Shown piece by piece: positions 55,930 to 64,000 of a DNA stretch of 64,000 nucleotides. The translations under genes and the position numbers were made by a program. The stretch is from positions 1 to 64,000 of the IMG/VR virus record IMGVR_UViG_2772190776_000003, one strand, 5' to 3'. This DNA is from a virus. Lineage: Duplodnaviria > Caudoviricetes. Each line of letters opens with the position of its first letter. Position 1 is the stretch's first letter. The notes beneath the pieces were generated by a model. The model was given only the letters and a program-made list of their open reading frames with translations. It did not search any database and was not told the origin of the DNA.

Positions 55930-57174
55930 TCAGCTGCGTGCATATACCTGCACGCCCACGCGCCACTCTTCGGCGCTGCCGCTCGCACCCTGAAACAGGG
56001 TGACACCGGCCCAGCCGTCATCCCCCAGCTCAAACACTGCCAGCGCTGGCAGCGCTTGGCCTTGCACCGCAAACTGTGCGATGTAGCGGCGGCGCACCAC
56101 TGCCTTTTGCAGGGTGTAGAGCCACTCCAGCCGCACCCAGATTTCGTCCGGGTGGAGCAGCGCTTGGGCCAGCAGCGGCAAAAAGGTTTCACGGCCACGC
56201 TTGGTGACCTTCCACTCGCCTTGCGCCGTCTGGAACAGCTCTTTACCCACGACCAGCCGCTCACCCACTGCATCGCGCACGATGGCGGGCTGCTCCAGCG
56301 TGGCCCCCAGCGGCTGCAGGAATGCCTGCACATAGGCTTCGGGGGCCAGCCCTTGGGGCAACAGCGCATCGCTGGTGACGGGGCGTGGCGGCGGCAGTGG
56401 TGCCAATGGGCGGGTATTGGGCAGCCCTTGGCCGCCCGCGCTGCCCGGCACGGGTGGGTCTGGCCGCTCAGGCGGTATGGCGCTGCGCAGGCGGCAGCTG
56501 CCGGGTGCGTACTCAAAGCCGGGGCCAACGCCTTCGGGCACCTGCACCGTGCGCGGGCCGTTGGGACTGTTTTTGCCAATGGTGTGCTCGACAAGGCGGA
56601 TCTCGGGCGCGGTATCTGGCCCGCTCTTGCCCAGGCGCTGCAGATCGCGTGGCCACAGGCCGCGCACCTTGCACTGGCAGCCCCAGTCGTTGGGCGGGAA
56701 GTGAATGCGCCACCACGGGTCTTCACGCAGCAGCACCAGGCCATCCCACGCGACGTGCTGCATGCGTGGGTGCTCGACCCAGTCGCTGTGCTCGTACTGC
56801 CAGTACGGCGCGGCCTGCAGCTGCTGCCAGCGGCCAGCGGCGTAGCTGGTGGACAGGTTGGTGTCATAGATGACGCGGCTGCGCCAGTTGCGCCCGCCGT
56901 TGTAGTCCCAGCCGTGCTTGGCGACGATGGCATCGAAGTCCTTGCGGAAGGTCTCCAGCGTAGTGCCCTCGGAGATGGCTTTTTCTACAGCCGCCCGAAA
57001 GTCCGTGACGATGTCGTTGCGGTTGGCCCCAGCCACGACGAACGCCCAGTCATGCTCGTGGGTGTAGATGTCTGTCCAACTGGTGGTGGGCAGGTTGAGC
57101 TTGCGCTGAAAAAAAGCCTGCTGCTCCTTGAACGGAAAACTGCCATACGCGGCGGCGGGTGGGCTAGTGGCCAT
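55930..57174 (-). CDS. MuF head morphogenesis protein with C-terminal PBECR2-like nuclease domain
   Basis: FPPNDWGCQC MuF motif, C-terminal LA..L..PDEIW...RRRYI...GVTLF. Confidence 0.85.
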   Translation of the reverse strand: MATSPPAAAYGSFPFKEQQAFFQRKLNLPTTSWTDIYTHEHDWAFVVAGANRNDIVTDFRAAVEKAISEGTTLETFRKDFDAIVAKHGWDYNGGRNWRSRVIYDTNLSTSYAAGRWQQLQAAPYWQYEHSDWVEHPRMQHVAWDGLVLLREDPWWRIHFPPNDWGCQCKVRGLWPRDLQRLGKSGPDTAPEIRLVEHTIGKNSPNGPRTVQVPEGVGPGFEYAPGSCRLRSAIPPERPDPPVPGSAGGQGLPNTRPLAPLPPPRPVTSDALLPQGLAPEAYVQAFLQPLGATLEQPAIVRDAVGERLVVGKELFQTAQGEWKVTKRGRETFLPLLAQALLHPDEIWVRLEWLYTLQKAVVRRRYIAQFAVQGQALPALAVFELGDDGWAGVTLFQGASGSAEEWRVGVQVYARS

Positions 57175-58780
57175 AGCCAGCCGCCTCCTGCAGCACGTCA
57201 TGGCGGCCTGCCAACTCGGCCGTAGCCAGCGCATCGGCCAAGGCACTGGCGTACTGATCCAGCGTCATATCGGGCAGCAGCTGCTCCAGCCCATCGCGGA
57301 TGTCTTGCAGGCTGGTGGCCCGCATCACCAGCTCGCGCAGTTGGGCCACCCAGCCGCCCGCTGCCGGGTCAGCCTGGCGGGCCAGCTGGGGCAGCATGGC
57401 CCCGGCCACGGTGCGCGGCTGAGATGGGGCTGTCTGTGCGGTCAGCGCGGCGGCGGCCGCAGGTGGAGTGCCGGGCACAGCAGGCGCGGCATGGGCAGCT
57501 ATGGTAGTTGGGGCTGGGGTCAGCACCTCTTCGCCTGCTTGCGGCAGCGGAATGCCCAGACGGCGGTTGGCCCAGGTTTTGGGCACTTGCACGCCAACAG
57601 CCACCAGCTTGGGCAGAGCGTTGGACATGGACTCCATGTCCTCGGTTTCGTCGGCCGTCAGCCGCATGCGTGGGCAGCGCTTGATACCACCCGGCGCCAG
57701 GCCATTGAGCGTGGCCATGGCGTAGACCAGGTCGCGGGTCAAGGTGGTGTTGAGCTGGCGCAAGTCGCCGTCGCGCAGGTCTTTGCGCACCTCGTTGTGC
57801 ACATTGCCCAAGGCGTTGGTGCTGCTTTTGCCATCGGCCCCGCTGGTGAGCGTGCCGCCCAGGATGACCTTGGACTGGTTGCGCTCACACCAGCTGATCA
57901 TCAGCTCAAAGGCTTTGGGGTCACCCGTGGCAGCATCCTTGAAGTCGATGAGCATGCCGTCGGGGATGATGCCCGCCGCGTTGTGGCCAATGCCCACCAG
58001 GGCACGCAGCAAGGTGGCTTTTTCCTTCTCAGTGGCATTGGCCGGGTATTTGCCCAGCCGCACAGGGATGCCATAAATCTCCAGAAACTCGGCCAGGTCG
58101 CCCACGGAGTAGTTTTTGAACAGGTACGTCCACACCAGCTGGCGAAACAGCGCCGTGCGCTCCAGGTAGCCGGATTTGGCCTTGTGGATGTGGGTGATCC
58201 AGTTGAACGGACGCAGCACCTCGCCCTGAATGCCGTCAGCGTCTGCGGTGTTGGAGCGCAGGCGCAGCTCCTGCCGGTAGCCACGGTGCAGCTGGAACCA
58301 GCTTTGCGGCCGGTGCGTGACGGTTTTGGGCAGCCACAGCTTGCCCTCACGGTGCCATTCCATTTCAAGGCATGCAAAGCCTTTTCCGATCGCGTCGGTG
58401 GCGTCAAAGATCACGTCTTCAAAGTCGGGGATAGCCTGCACCAGCTCGCCCAGTTGCTCGGCGTTGCGCTTTTCCAAGGCGCTGGCGCCCTCGGGCGGCA
58501 CGACCTCCCAGTCCACGATGCAGGCGCGGCGGCGCTTGCCCATCTCGCTGGCAATGTGGCCGTCCTTCTCTTCCATGTCTTCAAACAGGTCGAACTGGGC
58601 CGTGAGGTCACCTTGCTCGGCCGCGTCCAGGATGGTGGCCAGTTTGCTGGGGGTGAGACCGCGTGTGGGGTGGGACTGCAGCTCACGCTGCAGGTGGCCC
58701 AGCTGGGAGGTTTGCGGGGTGCGGATGTCATCCATCTCAATCGGCTGGCCATCGGCCCCCAAAATCATGCTTTTTGCCAT
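57164..58780 (-). CDS. DUF935 portal protein (Mu gp29)
   Basis: FLEIYGIPVRLGKY, ILGGTLTS, GNVHNEVR. Confidence 0.92.
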   Translation of the reverse strand: MAKSMILGADGQPIEMDDIRTPQTSQLGHLQRELQSHPTRGLTPSKLATILDAAEQGDLTAQFDLFEDMEEKDGHIASEMGKRRRACIVDWEVVPPEGASALEKRNAEQLGELVQAIPDFEDVIFDATDAIGKGFACLEMEWHREGKLWLPKTVTHRPQSWFQLHRGYRQELRLRSNTADADGIQGEVLRPFNWITHIHKAKSGYLERTALFRQLVWTYLFKNYSVGDLAEFLEIYGIPVRLGKYPANATEKEKATLLRALVGIGHNAAGIIPDGMLIDFKDAATGDPKAFELMISWCERNQSKVILGGTLTSGADGKSSTNALGNVHNEVRKDLRDGDLRQLNTTLTRDLVYAMATLNGLAPGGIKRCPRMRLTADETEDMESMSNALPKLVAVGVQVPKTWANRRLGIPLPQAGEEVLTPAPTTIAAHAAPAVPGTPPAAAAALTAQTAPSQPRTVAGAMLPQLARQADPAAGGWVAQLRELVMRATSLQDIRDGLEQLLPDMTLDQYASALADALATAELAGRHDVLQEAAGYGH

Positions 58781-58949
58781 GTGGGCACCTCGTGAAGGGG
58801 ATTGCGCCAGCGCATTGCATGGCTGCAAGGCGCGGCAAGGCGTTTACGGGCGTTTACAAGGCCGCAAACACAACAAACCGTGGGCGTTGCATACCCTCGG
58901 CCTAAAAATCGCTTAAATCGCCGGATTTCGGCAGCTGGGTGTTGCGGCA

Positions 58950-60494
58950 TCACCAGCCCTCGGCCTCGGGCATGGCCCAGTCGTTGTCATCCACGGCGCT
59001 GGGGTCGGCCCGGTGGTCAAAGCCACGGGCGTGGGTGGGCACGGGGATATAGTCGATGGGAATAATCTTGAGCTTGGCCGCCGCATGGGCGTACACGCAG
59101 GCCATGGCGCGGTCGCCGTGGCTGTCGCCTTCGGTCTTGCCCTCCGGGATGCGCGCCACCCCGCGCACCAGCCTGAAGGCGCGGTGGTCTTGCAGCAGGC
59201 CATCGTGCTTGGGCAGCGTGATTGTGCCGTCTTCAAACGCGGCCTTGTAACCGGGCATGTTGTCGCGGTACCAGCCCTCGGTGGGCATGAGCTTGAGCAC
59301 CATGGCCCCATAGCGGTCTTCGGCGGATTCACCGATGTAGGAACCATTGCCCCGGCTGTCAATGACGATGCCCGAGCAACGGGGCAACGCATCACAAATG
59401 GCGAACAGCACCTGCTCTTGCTGCTTGTAGGGGACGTTTTTCAGCTCGACCAGGAACGGCACACGCTCATGCAGGTTGGCTGCCACCTCCACCGGTGCCA
59501 GCACAGACAGGTCGCCCGTGCGCGCAAAGTCCATGCCCAGCGCGTGGCGCAGCTCGGGGGTGAGTTTCTTGAGCAGGGGCCGCAGCGTTTCGTCGATCCA
59601 GTCCTGCATGAGTGCTTTGCGCACTTCCGGGCTGGACTGGTTGAATGCTTTGGTGCCCGTAAAGCGGATGACGGGTGCCTCCACCATGCGGCTTTCCACC
59701 TGCACGCGGGTGAGCCAGGCACCACCGCCCTGGGCGGGAATGCAAAACAGCTCTTCGCCCTCGTTGGGGCGGTAGCGGTTGATGATTTCTTGCCGCCACT
59801 GGGCCTCGCCCTCGCGGCTCCAGGGCCGCTTGCTGACCGCACAGATCTTGCGGTATAGGCCATCACGCAGGGCGTCGTCAAAGTCCACGCGGTGCAGGCT
59901 GTAGGGGTAGCGGCCTGCGCGCACATCGGTAATCAGTTCGTTGAACGGGTTGTCCTCGCCGTTGTGGGTGCTGATGATGCGGATTTGCCCGCCCCACATG
60001 GTCATGGCCATGGCGGCCTTGAGCAGCTCTTTGATGTCGTCCACAAAGGCGGCTTCGTCAATCACCAGCCGTTCACCGGGGCGCCCCTTGGAGCGCAGGT
60101 TGCGTGGGTTGCTGGTGAAGGCCTGAATCTTGTGGCCGCTGTCGAAGTGGATGCTGTAGCTGAGGATTTGCTTGTCTTCCTCTTCCAGCACCGACTCTTG
60201 AATCTGGCTGGCGGCCGCATTGAAGGCCTTGGCCCAGCCGGCACAGTCCTGGATGAAGCCTTGGGTCATCTCCTTGTTGTAGGAGATGTAGTAGACGTTG
60301 GCCCCCTCGGCGCTGGCGGCATACAGCACGTCGTCGGCCGCCTCGGCATAGCTTAGACCGATGCGGCGTGACTTTTCCATGATCTTGACGGGTGCCATGT
60401 CTTCCACCCACTTGACCTGGTAGGCCATGAAGATGGCCTGGCTCAGCTCCGTAGGCTCTGGCGCTTGCAGCTCGGGGGTGACCTGCTCCATCAC
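58950..60494 (-). CDS. Terminase large subunit (Mu gp28)
   Basis: KSRRIGLS, VIDEAAF, ISTHNG, GMDFAR, HGD. Confidence 0.93.
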   Translation of the reverse strand: MMEQVTPELQAPEPTELSQAIFMAYQVKWVEDMAPVKIMEKSRRIGLSYAEAADDVLYAASAEGANVYYISYNKEMTQGFIQDCAGWAKAFNAAASQIQESVLEEEDKQILSYSIHFDSGHKIQAFTSNPRNLRSKGRPGERLVIDEAAFVDDIKELLKAAMAMTMWGGQIRIISTHNGEDNPFNELITDVRAGRYPYSLHRVDFDDALRDGLYRKICAVSKRPWSREGEAQWRQEIINRYRPNEGEELFCIPAQGGGAWLTRVQVESRMVEAPVIRFTGTKAFNQSSPEVRKALMQDWIDETLRPLLKKLTPELRHALGMDFARTGDLSVLAPVEVAANLHERVPFLVELKNVPYKQQEQVLFAICDALPRCSGIVIDSRGNGSYIGESAEDRYGAMVLKLMPTEGWYRDNMPGYKAAFEDGTITLPKHDGLLQDHRAFRLVRGVARIPEGKTEGDSHGDRAMACVYAHAAAKLKIIPIDYIPVPTHARGFDHRADPSAVDDNDWAMPEAEGW

Positions 60495-61066
60495 ATGGTC
60501 CCCATGATGGCGGCGCGCAACGCTGCCACCCCGTTGGCGGACAAGCCAGCGGCCTTGGCCGTGGTTTCTGCGGTGGCGGCGGCGTCTTCCAGCGCTTTCT
60601 TGCGTGCCTCGGCCTCTACCTTGGCCTGGAATTGCTTCAAGTTGACGCTGGAGCGGGTGAGCGTGGCAATGTTCTTGGCCGCTTTGCTGAGCAAGGTGAC
60701 GCGCTGGCCGGGGTCGGCCTCGGGGTCGTCGGCTTCTTGCAGCAGCAAGATGGCGTCAAACAGCTCGGTCTGCACCATGGCAACCAGGGCTTCAGAGCGG
60801 GCGTCTTCGTCGTCACCAGCATGCTGGCGAATCAGGCGTGCGGCTTCGGTGCTGGCCCGGATGGCGTTCAAGCGCCGATCCAGCTTGGCGCCGTAGCGGT
60901 GCAAGGCCGAGCGGCTGGGCAGTTCGCCCTTGCTGGCCTCGGTGGGAAAGCGCTCTTGCAGGTCTGCAATCAACGCATCCAGCGTCTGACTGCCTGTGGC
61001 CAGCATGGCCTGAATGTAGGCCTTGACGTCAGGACTCATGCGGTCGATGGAGCTTTTGCGGCCCAT
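60491..61066 (-). CDS. DUF3486 terminase small subunit (Mu gp27)
   Basis: MGRKSSIDRM, SRSALHRY. Confidence 0.88.
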   Translation of the reverse strand: MGRKSSIDRMSPDVKAYIQAMLATGSQTLDALIADLQERFPTEASKGELPSRSALHRYGAKLDRRLNAIRASTEAARLIRQHAGDDEDARSEALVAMVQTELFDAILLLQEADDPEADPGQRVTLLSKAAKNIATLTRSSVNLKQFQAKVEAEARKKALEDAAATAETTAKAAGLSANGVAALRAAIMGTM

Positions 61067-61069
61067 GGC

Positions 61070-61384
61070 TCAGCCCGCCCAGTACTTCTGGGGCCGGGCA
61101 ATGCCAGGCTCGCAGTCGATGGTGTATTCGGCAATGTCTACGCCATTGCGGGTCAGCTCTGCATGCCAGGGGCCGCTGGGGTCTTTGCGCAGCTTGACCA
61201 GGTCACGGTCGCCCAGATAGTCCAGCTCACGGCGCAGCTCCAAAGGGCTGGCGTCGGGGTAGATGGACTGGGCCACGGACAGGATGGGCGACTCCTGCGC
61301 GCCACAAGGGCGGGCATTGTTCAGTGTGAGCAAGATGAGCCAGCGCAGGCTCTCGCGGCGGACTTTGGCGTGGTCAATGTGCAT
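61070..61384 (-). CDS. Mu gp26-like protein
   Basis: ELDYL...LTRNGVD...PGIARP. Confidence 0.8.
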   Translation of the reverse strand: MHIDHAKVRRESLRWLILLTLNNARPCGAQESPILSVAQSIYPDASPLELRRELDYLGDRDLVKLRKDPSGPWHAELTRNGVDIAEYTIDCEPGIARPQKYWAG

Positions 61385-61387
61385 GGC

Positions 61388-61744
61388 TTACCCTCTGTTG
61401 TTCTGGATGCTGGCAACGCGCAGCTGGGCGTTTTCGAGCTTGACGGCCACAGCGTCCAGCTTGGCTTCAATGACGCTTTGACCCCGGATGTAGTCTTCGC
61501 GGCGCACGTACTGCAGCGGCAGGTCGGCCCGCAGCTGCAGCATTTCGCGCTCAAGGCGCTGCCACTGCGCGGCCTCTTGTTTGTTGGTCTGCTCCATGCT
61601 GTCCAAGCGCGAGAGCAGTTGCAGGTGTGCAGCGTCCTGGTGCTTTTGGGCTTGCATCAGCCCAAACTTGAGCAGGCCCACCACCACACCAAGCCCCGAG
61701 AGCAGCAGGCCTACCAGCTGCCAAAAATCAATCTGCAGGCTCAC
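61388..61744 (-). CDS. Membrane-anchored coiled-coil protein (gp25-like)
   Basis: N-terminal TM segment, LPLQYVRREDY. Confidence 0.75.
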   Translation of the reverse strand: MSLQIDFWQLVGLLLSGLGVVVGLLKFGLMQAQKHQDAAHLQLLSRLDSMEQTNKQEAAQWQRLEREMLQLRADLPLQYVRREDYIRGQSVIEAKLDAVAVKLENAQLRVASIQNNRG

Positions 61745-61974
61745 AAGAACCGTCCTTTCATGCGCTCTTGGGCGCTTTGGCACTTCACGCAGCGCGTGCA
61801 CCCTGGCACCGCCCAGCGGCGTGCTTGTGGAATTGGCTGCTCACAGTCCTGGCATTCGGTGGCTGAATCGGTCATGGCTTTGCCCTGCAAGCCCGCCCTT
61901 GTGGCCTGGCGGCGCAAGGCGGTATCGCGCTGGCGTGCCTCCAGGTCTTGGGCGCGGTCGATGTCGTCAGTCAC
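61741..61974 (-). CDS. TraR/DksA C4 zinc-finger protein
   Basis: DDIDRAQ, CQDC..PIPQARR...PGC.RC..CQ. Confidence 0.88.
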   Translation of the reverse strand: MTDDIDRAQDLEARQRDTALRRQATRAGLQGKAMTDSATECQDCEQPIPQARRWAVPGCTRCVKCQSAQERMKGRFL

Positions 61975-62272
61975 TGGGCGGCTCCTGCGGCTGGCACGGT
62001 GCAGACACGGCTGTGCCATTGCTGGAGGCCGAGGACTTGGTCTCGGAGGCGGTCAGCGTCTGCTGCCAGCACTGTGTATCTGTGGCTGCACGTGCCGAGT
62101 AGCTCTCGGGCGGTGGTGGCTTCGCGAGTGCAGGCGGCAAGGCCGGTGTCGTCAACGGTAAAAGGCTTGGGTCTGCTGTTAAGCCGCTTGATTTCTGCGC
62201 GCAGGCTGCGCTCAGTAGCGGCAGCAAGAGCAAAGCGCTTTTCAGTAGTTGCTTGGCGTTGTGCTTGTTCAT
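61967..62272 (-). CDS. o-spanin lipoprotein (Rz1-like) embedded in Rz
   Basis: MNKHNAKQLLKSALLLLPLLSAAC signal/lipobox and a Pro-rich body. Confidence 0.7.
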   Translation of the reverse strand: MNKHNAKQLLKSALLLLPLLSAACAQKSSGLTADPSLLPLTTPALPPALAKPPPPESYSARAATDTQCWQQTLTASETKSSASSNGTAVSAPCQPQEPPSD

Positions 62273-62483
62273 CGGCCACTTTCTCGGCCGCACGCTGGCG
62301 CACGGCGTTGGCCTGGCCGGTGGCCAGATTGCGTTGGTAGGTTTCGGCGTTCCAGGCTTGCTGCACACGGGCAGCGCCTTGTGCATCGCCTTTGGCGATC
62401 AGATGGCCTTGGTAGCTGTGCACGCCCCAGACCAGGGCGGCCAGCGATGCTGCCCCCAGCAGCCAGTGCAGGCCCGGCTTCAT
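61971..62483 (-). CDS. i-spanin (Rz-like)
   Basis: N-terminal TM segment plus coiled coil, after the endolysin. Confidence 0.75.
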   Translation of the reverse strand: MKPGLHWLLGAASLAALVWGVHSYQGHLIAKGDAQGAARVQQAWNAETYQRNLATGQANAVRQRAAEKVADEQAQRQATTEKRFALAAATERSLRAEIKRLNSRPKPFTVDDTGLAACTREATTARELLGTCSHRYTVLAADADRLRDQVLGLQQWHSRVCTVPAAGAAQ

Positions 62484-63106
62484 AAGCCCGGCCCCCAGTG
62501 GCTGTAGCGGGGCTGCAGCTCATTCAAGATGCGGCGCGGATACTGCAGGTTCTCCCCGCAGTGCACAGCTGCGCGGCGGGCTTTCCCGCAGGCTGCGTCC
62601 ACTTGCTCGCGTGTGGGCTGGGTGGCACCGGAAGCCACGGCCTCACGTTGCCAATGGCCCAGCCCGCCGTTGTAGGCACGCAGCGCCACCCACATGCGGT
62701 CGTAGCTGCTATAGCGGGTGGGCGTGCGGTCGTAGAGGTATTTGTTGTAGCCCACCAGGGCACGCAAGGCCCAGGCAGGGTTGTGCGGCAGGCAGGCTGC
62801 GGGGGCAATCTTGTTCAGGTCACACCACCAGCTGGCGGTGGCGGGCATGAACTGGGCCAGGCCCCCAGCGCCTACGCGGCTGATGGCCTCTGGCTTCCAG
62901 GCAGATTCTTGGTGTACCTGTGCGGCAAAGACGGCCACGGGTGCATCCAAGCCCCACACGCTGTGTGCGGTGCGCACCAGCTGGGCACGGTATTGCTGGG
63001 CTGCGGCTGGCACCTGGGCCTGCACAGGCTGAGCGCAGGTGCTGAGCACAGCACCTGTCAGCGCTGCAGCAGCCAGCAGCCAGGCACGCATGGAACGGGC
63101 GCGCAT
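62480..63106 (-). CDS. SLT lytic transglycosylase endolysin
   Basis: HQES, GLAQFMPAT and AYNGG motifs, N-terminal signal/SAR. Confidence 0.92.
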   Translation of the reverse strand: MRARSMRAWLLAAAALTGAVLSTCAQPVQAQVPAAAQQYRAQLVRTAHSVWGLDAPVAVFAAQVHQESAWKPEAISRVGAGGLAQFMPATASWWCDLNKIAPAACLPHNPAWALRALVGYNKYLYDRTPTRYSSYDRMWVALRAYNGGLGHWQREAVASGATQPTREQVDAACGKARRAAVHCGENLQYPRRILNELQPRYSHWGPGL

Positions 63107-63109
63107 GGC

Positions 63110-63553
63110 TTATCCCCCCATGCTGACCGCAATCATTGCGGCCGCGATGATGACGGCCCGGCGCAGCATGCAGCCCAGCATGAAGTGCAGCGGTGCCGGG
63201 TCAATGGGGCCGCAGGTGGCGGTCATGACCTCGTCCAGCGGGATGCGTTGCCCGTCGCCTGCGAGGATGTAGCCGCGCTCCTGGTCTTCTTGCGTGATCT
63301 CGATGCCGTCCAGGTCCCAAAGGGTGCGCAGCGCACGGGTGTCGGGGCGTGCATAGGGAAAGACTTTGCGGTCAATCCAGTACCCGGACACAGCGGCCAC
63401 AGCGATCAGGTTGAGCTTGTACAGGCTGACGGGGATTTGCTGCGGCGCGATGAAAAACACCGCCAGCGACAGCAGCGCTGCAATCAGCCACCAGCTGGTC
63501 AGTCTGGGCAGCTTGGATTCGGACACGGGGGCAGGGGCCATGGCGTACTCCAT
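63110..63553 (-). CDS. Putative holin
   Basis: Three TM segments, GYWIDR..FPYARP and RRAVII motifs. Confidence 0.85.
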   Translation of the reverse strand: MEYAMAPAPVSESKLPRLTSWWLIAALLSLAVFFIAPQQIPVSLYKLNLIAVAAVSGYWIDRKVFPYARPDTRALRTLWDLDGIEITQEDQERGYILAGDGQRIPLDEVMTATCGPIDPAPLHFMLGCMLRRAVIIAAAMIAVSMGG

Positions 63554-63580
63554 AAAAGACTTTCGGTCTGAAAGCCTTTA

Positions 63581-63621
63581 CTGTGAAGCGCCGCATGCCT
63601 GCGGTCTTTTACCCCGCGTTA
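63581..63621 (-). promoter_or_regulatory. Late promoter Plys-like
   Basis: TAACGCGGGGTAAAAGACC with CACAGT 18 nt after AAAGAC. Confidence 0.55.
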
Positions 63622-63628
63622 CTAAAAC

Positions 63629-63960
63629 AAAACGGCCAATTTGGCCGTTTTCAAATCCGCCAAATTGGCAGATTCCAGCGTGTCATCGTCGTGGGTGACA
63701 AGCTCAAGGAATGCACTGGCTCGCCAGTGAGTGCCAGCTCATCAATCTGTTCATCATCCAGAACCAGCATTTCAAACAGCTTGGACTGTGAATCGACTGA
63801 TTTCAAAAGCGTCGACGTCGACGCTTTTGAGAACTTCAACGCCGATTGCATGAATTTCTGTGCCACGCGGGTTTCAATGCCCAGTGCTTTTGACCTGGGT
63901 GCTTAAAACCGCCAAATTGGCGGATTTGGCGGTCTTTGCCGCTGACTGCATAAAGCGTTG
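63629..63960 (-). repeat. Palindrome cluster built from nested fragments of homologous genes
   Basis: Four palindromes (about 63629, 63654, 63803 and 63905) lying within two mutually homologous peptide-coding fragments. Confidence 0.65.
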
Positions 63961-64000
63961 TTCTCAGGAACGTCACAATGCCAAGCCGTGCGCGACGGCT

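Larger units (their letters stand above)
38063..64000 (-). mobile_element. Mu/D3112-like transposable prophage (late half, continues beyond the window)
   Basis: DUF935 portal, MuF, gpG, protease I, gpT, DUF1320, DUF3486 and com/dam at the end. No sheath gene. Confidence 0.92.

Noticed and set aside
39890-63571. Long + strand ORFs such as 39890-42379, 55816-57225, 57128-58795 and 60632-62161
   Set aside because: These are antisense shadows of Mu-like genes with no protein motifs.
63651-63866. 71-aa ORF as a real gene
   Set aside because: It has no RBS, begins mid-domain and runs out of frame across a fragment junction.

Overview
The window holds two prophages and the edge of a third element in a GC-rich betaproteobacterium, probably Comamonadaceae (inferred from two REP-like palindromes). 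(1) About 530-38062 is a lambda-like cos siphovirus prophage with tail and head genes, an intein-containing terminase, replication genes, a cI/cro switch with visible operators and an early-left operon. It carries many AT-rich cargo genes: hipBA, a nucleotidyltransferase-to-KAP-NTPase four-gene operon, hicAB plus a third gene, DUF5131+TcmP, a pPIWI-associating-nuclease-like gene and two C4-antisense-controlled antirepressors. Its leftmost tail gene is cut at a dusA-type attachment site (about 429-538). (2) From 38063 past the window edge is a D3112/Mu-like transposable prophage (right end, dam/com, non-contractile tail, head, lysis). The least explained signals are a nested mosaic of palindrome-centred gene fragments upstream of the Mu-like lysis promoter, a kissing-loop RNA facing the MuF-nuclease gene, a TAC-like hicAB triad and the nucleotidyltransferase/KAP operon. 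Family names come from motif recognition and synteny, not database searches. No rRNA, tRNA, CRISPR array, integrase or transposase gene was seen.
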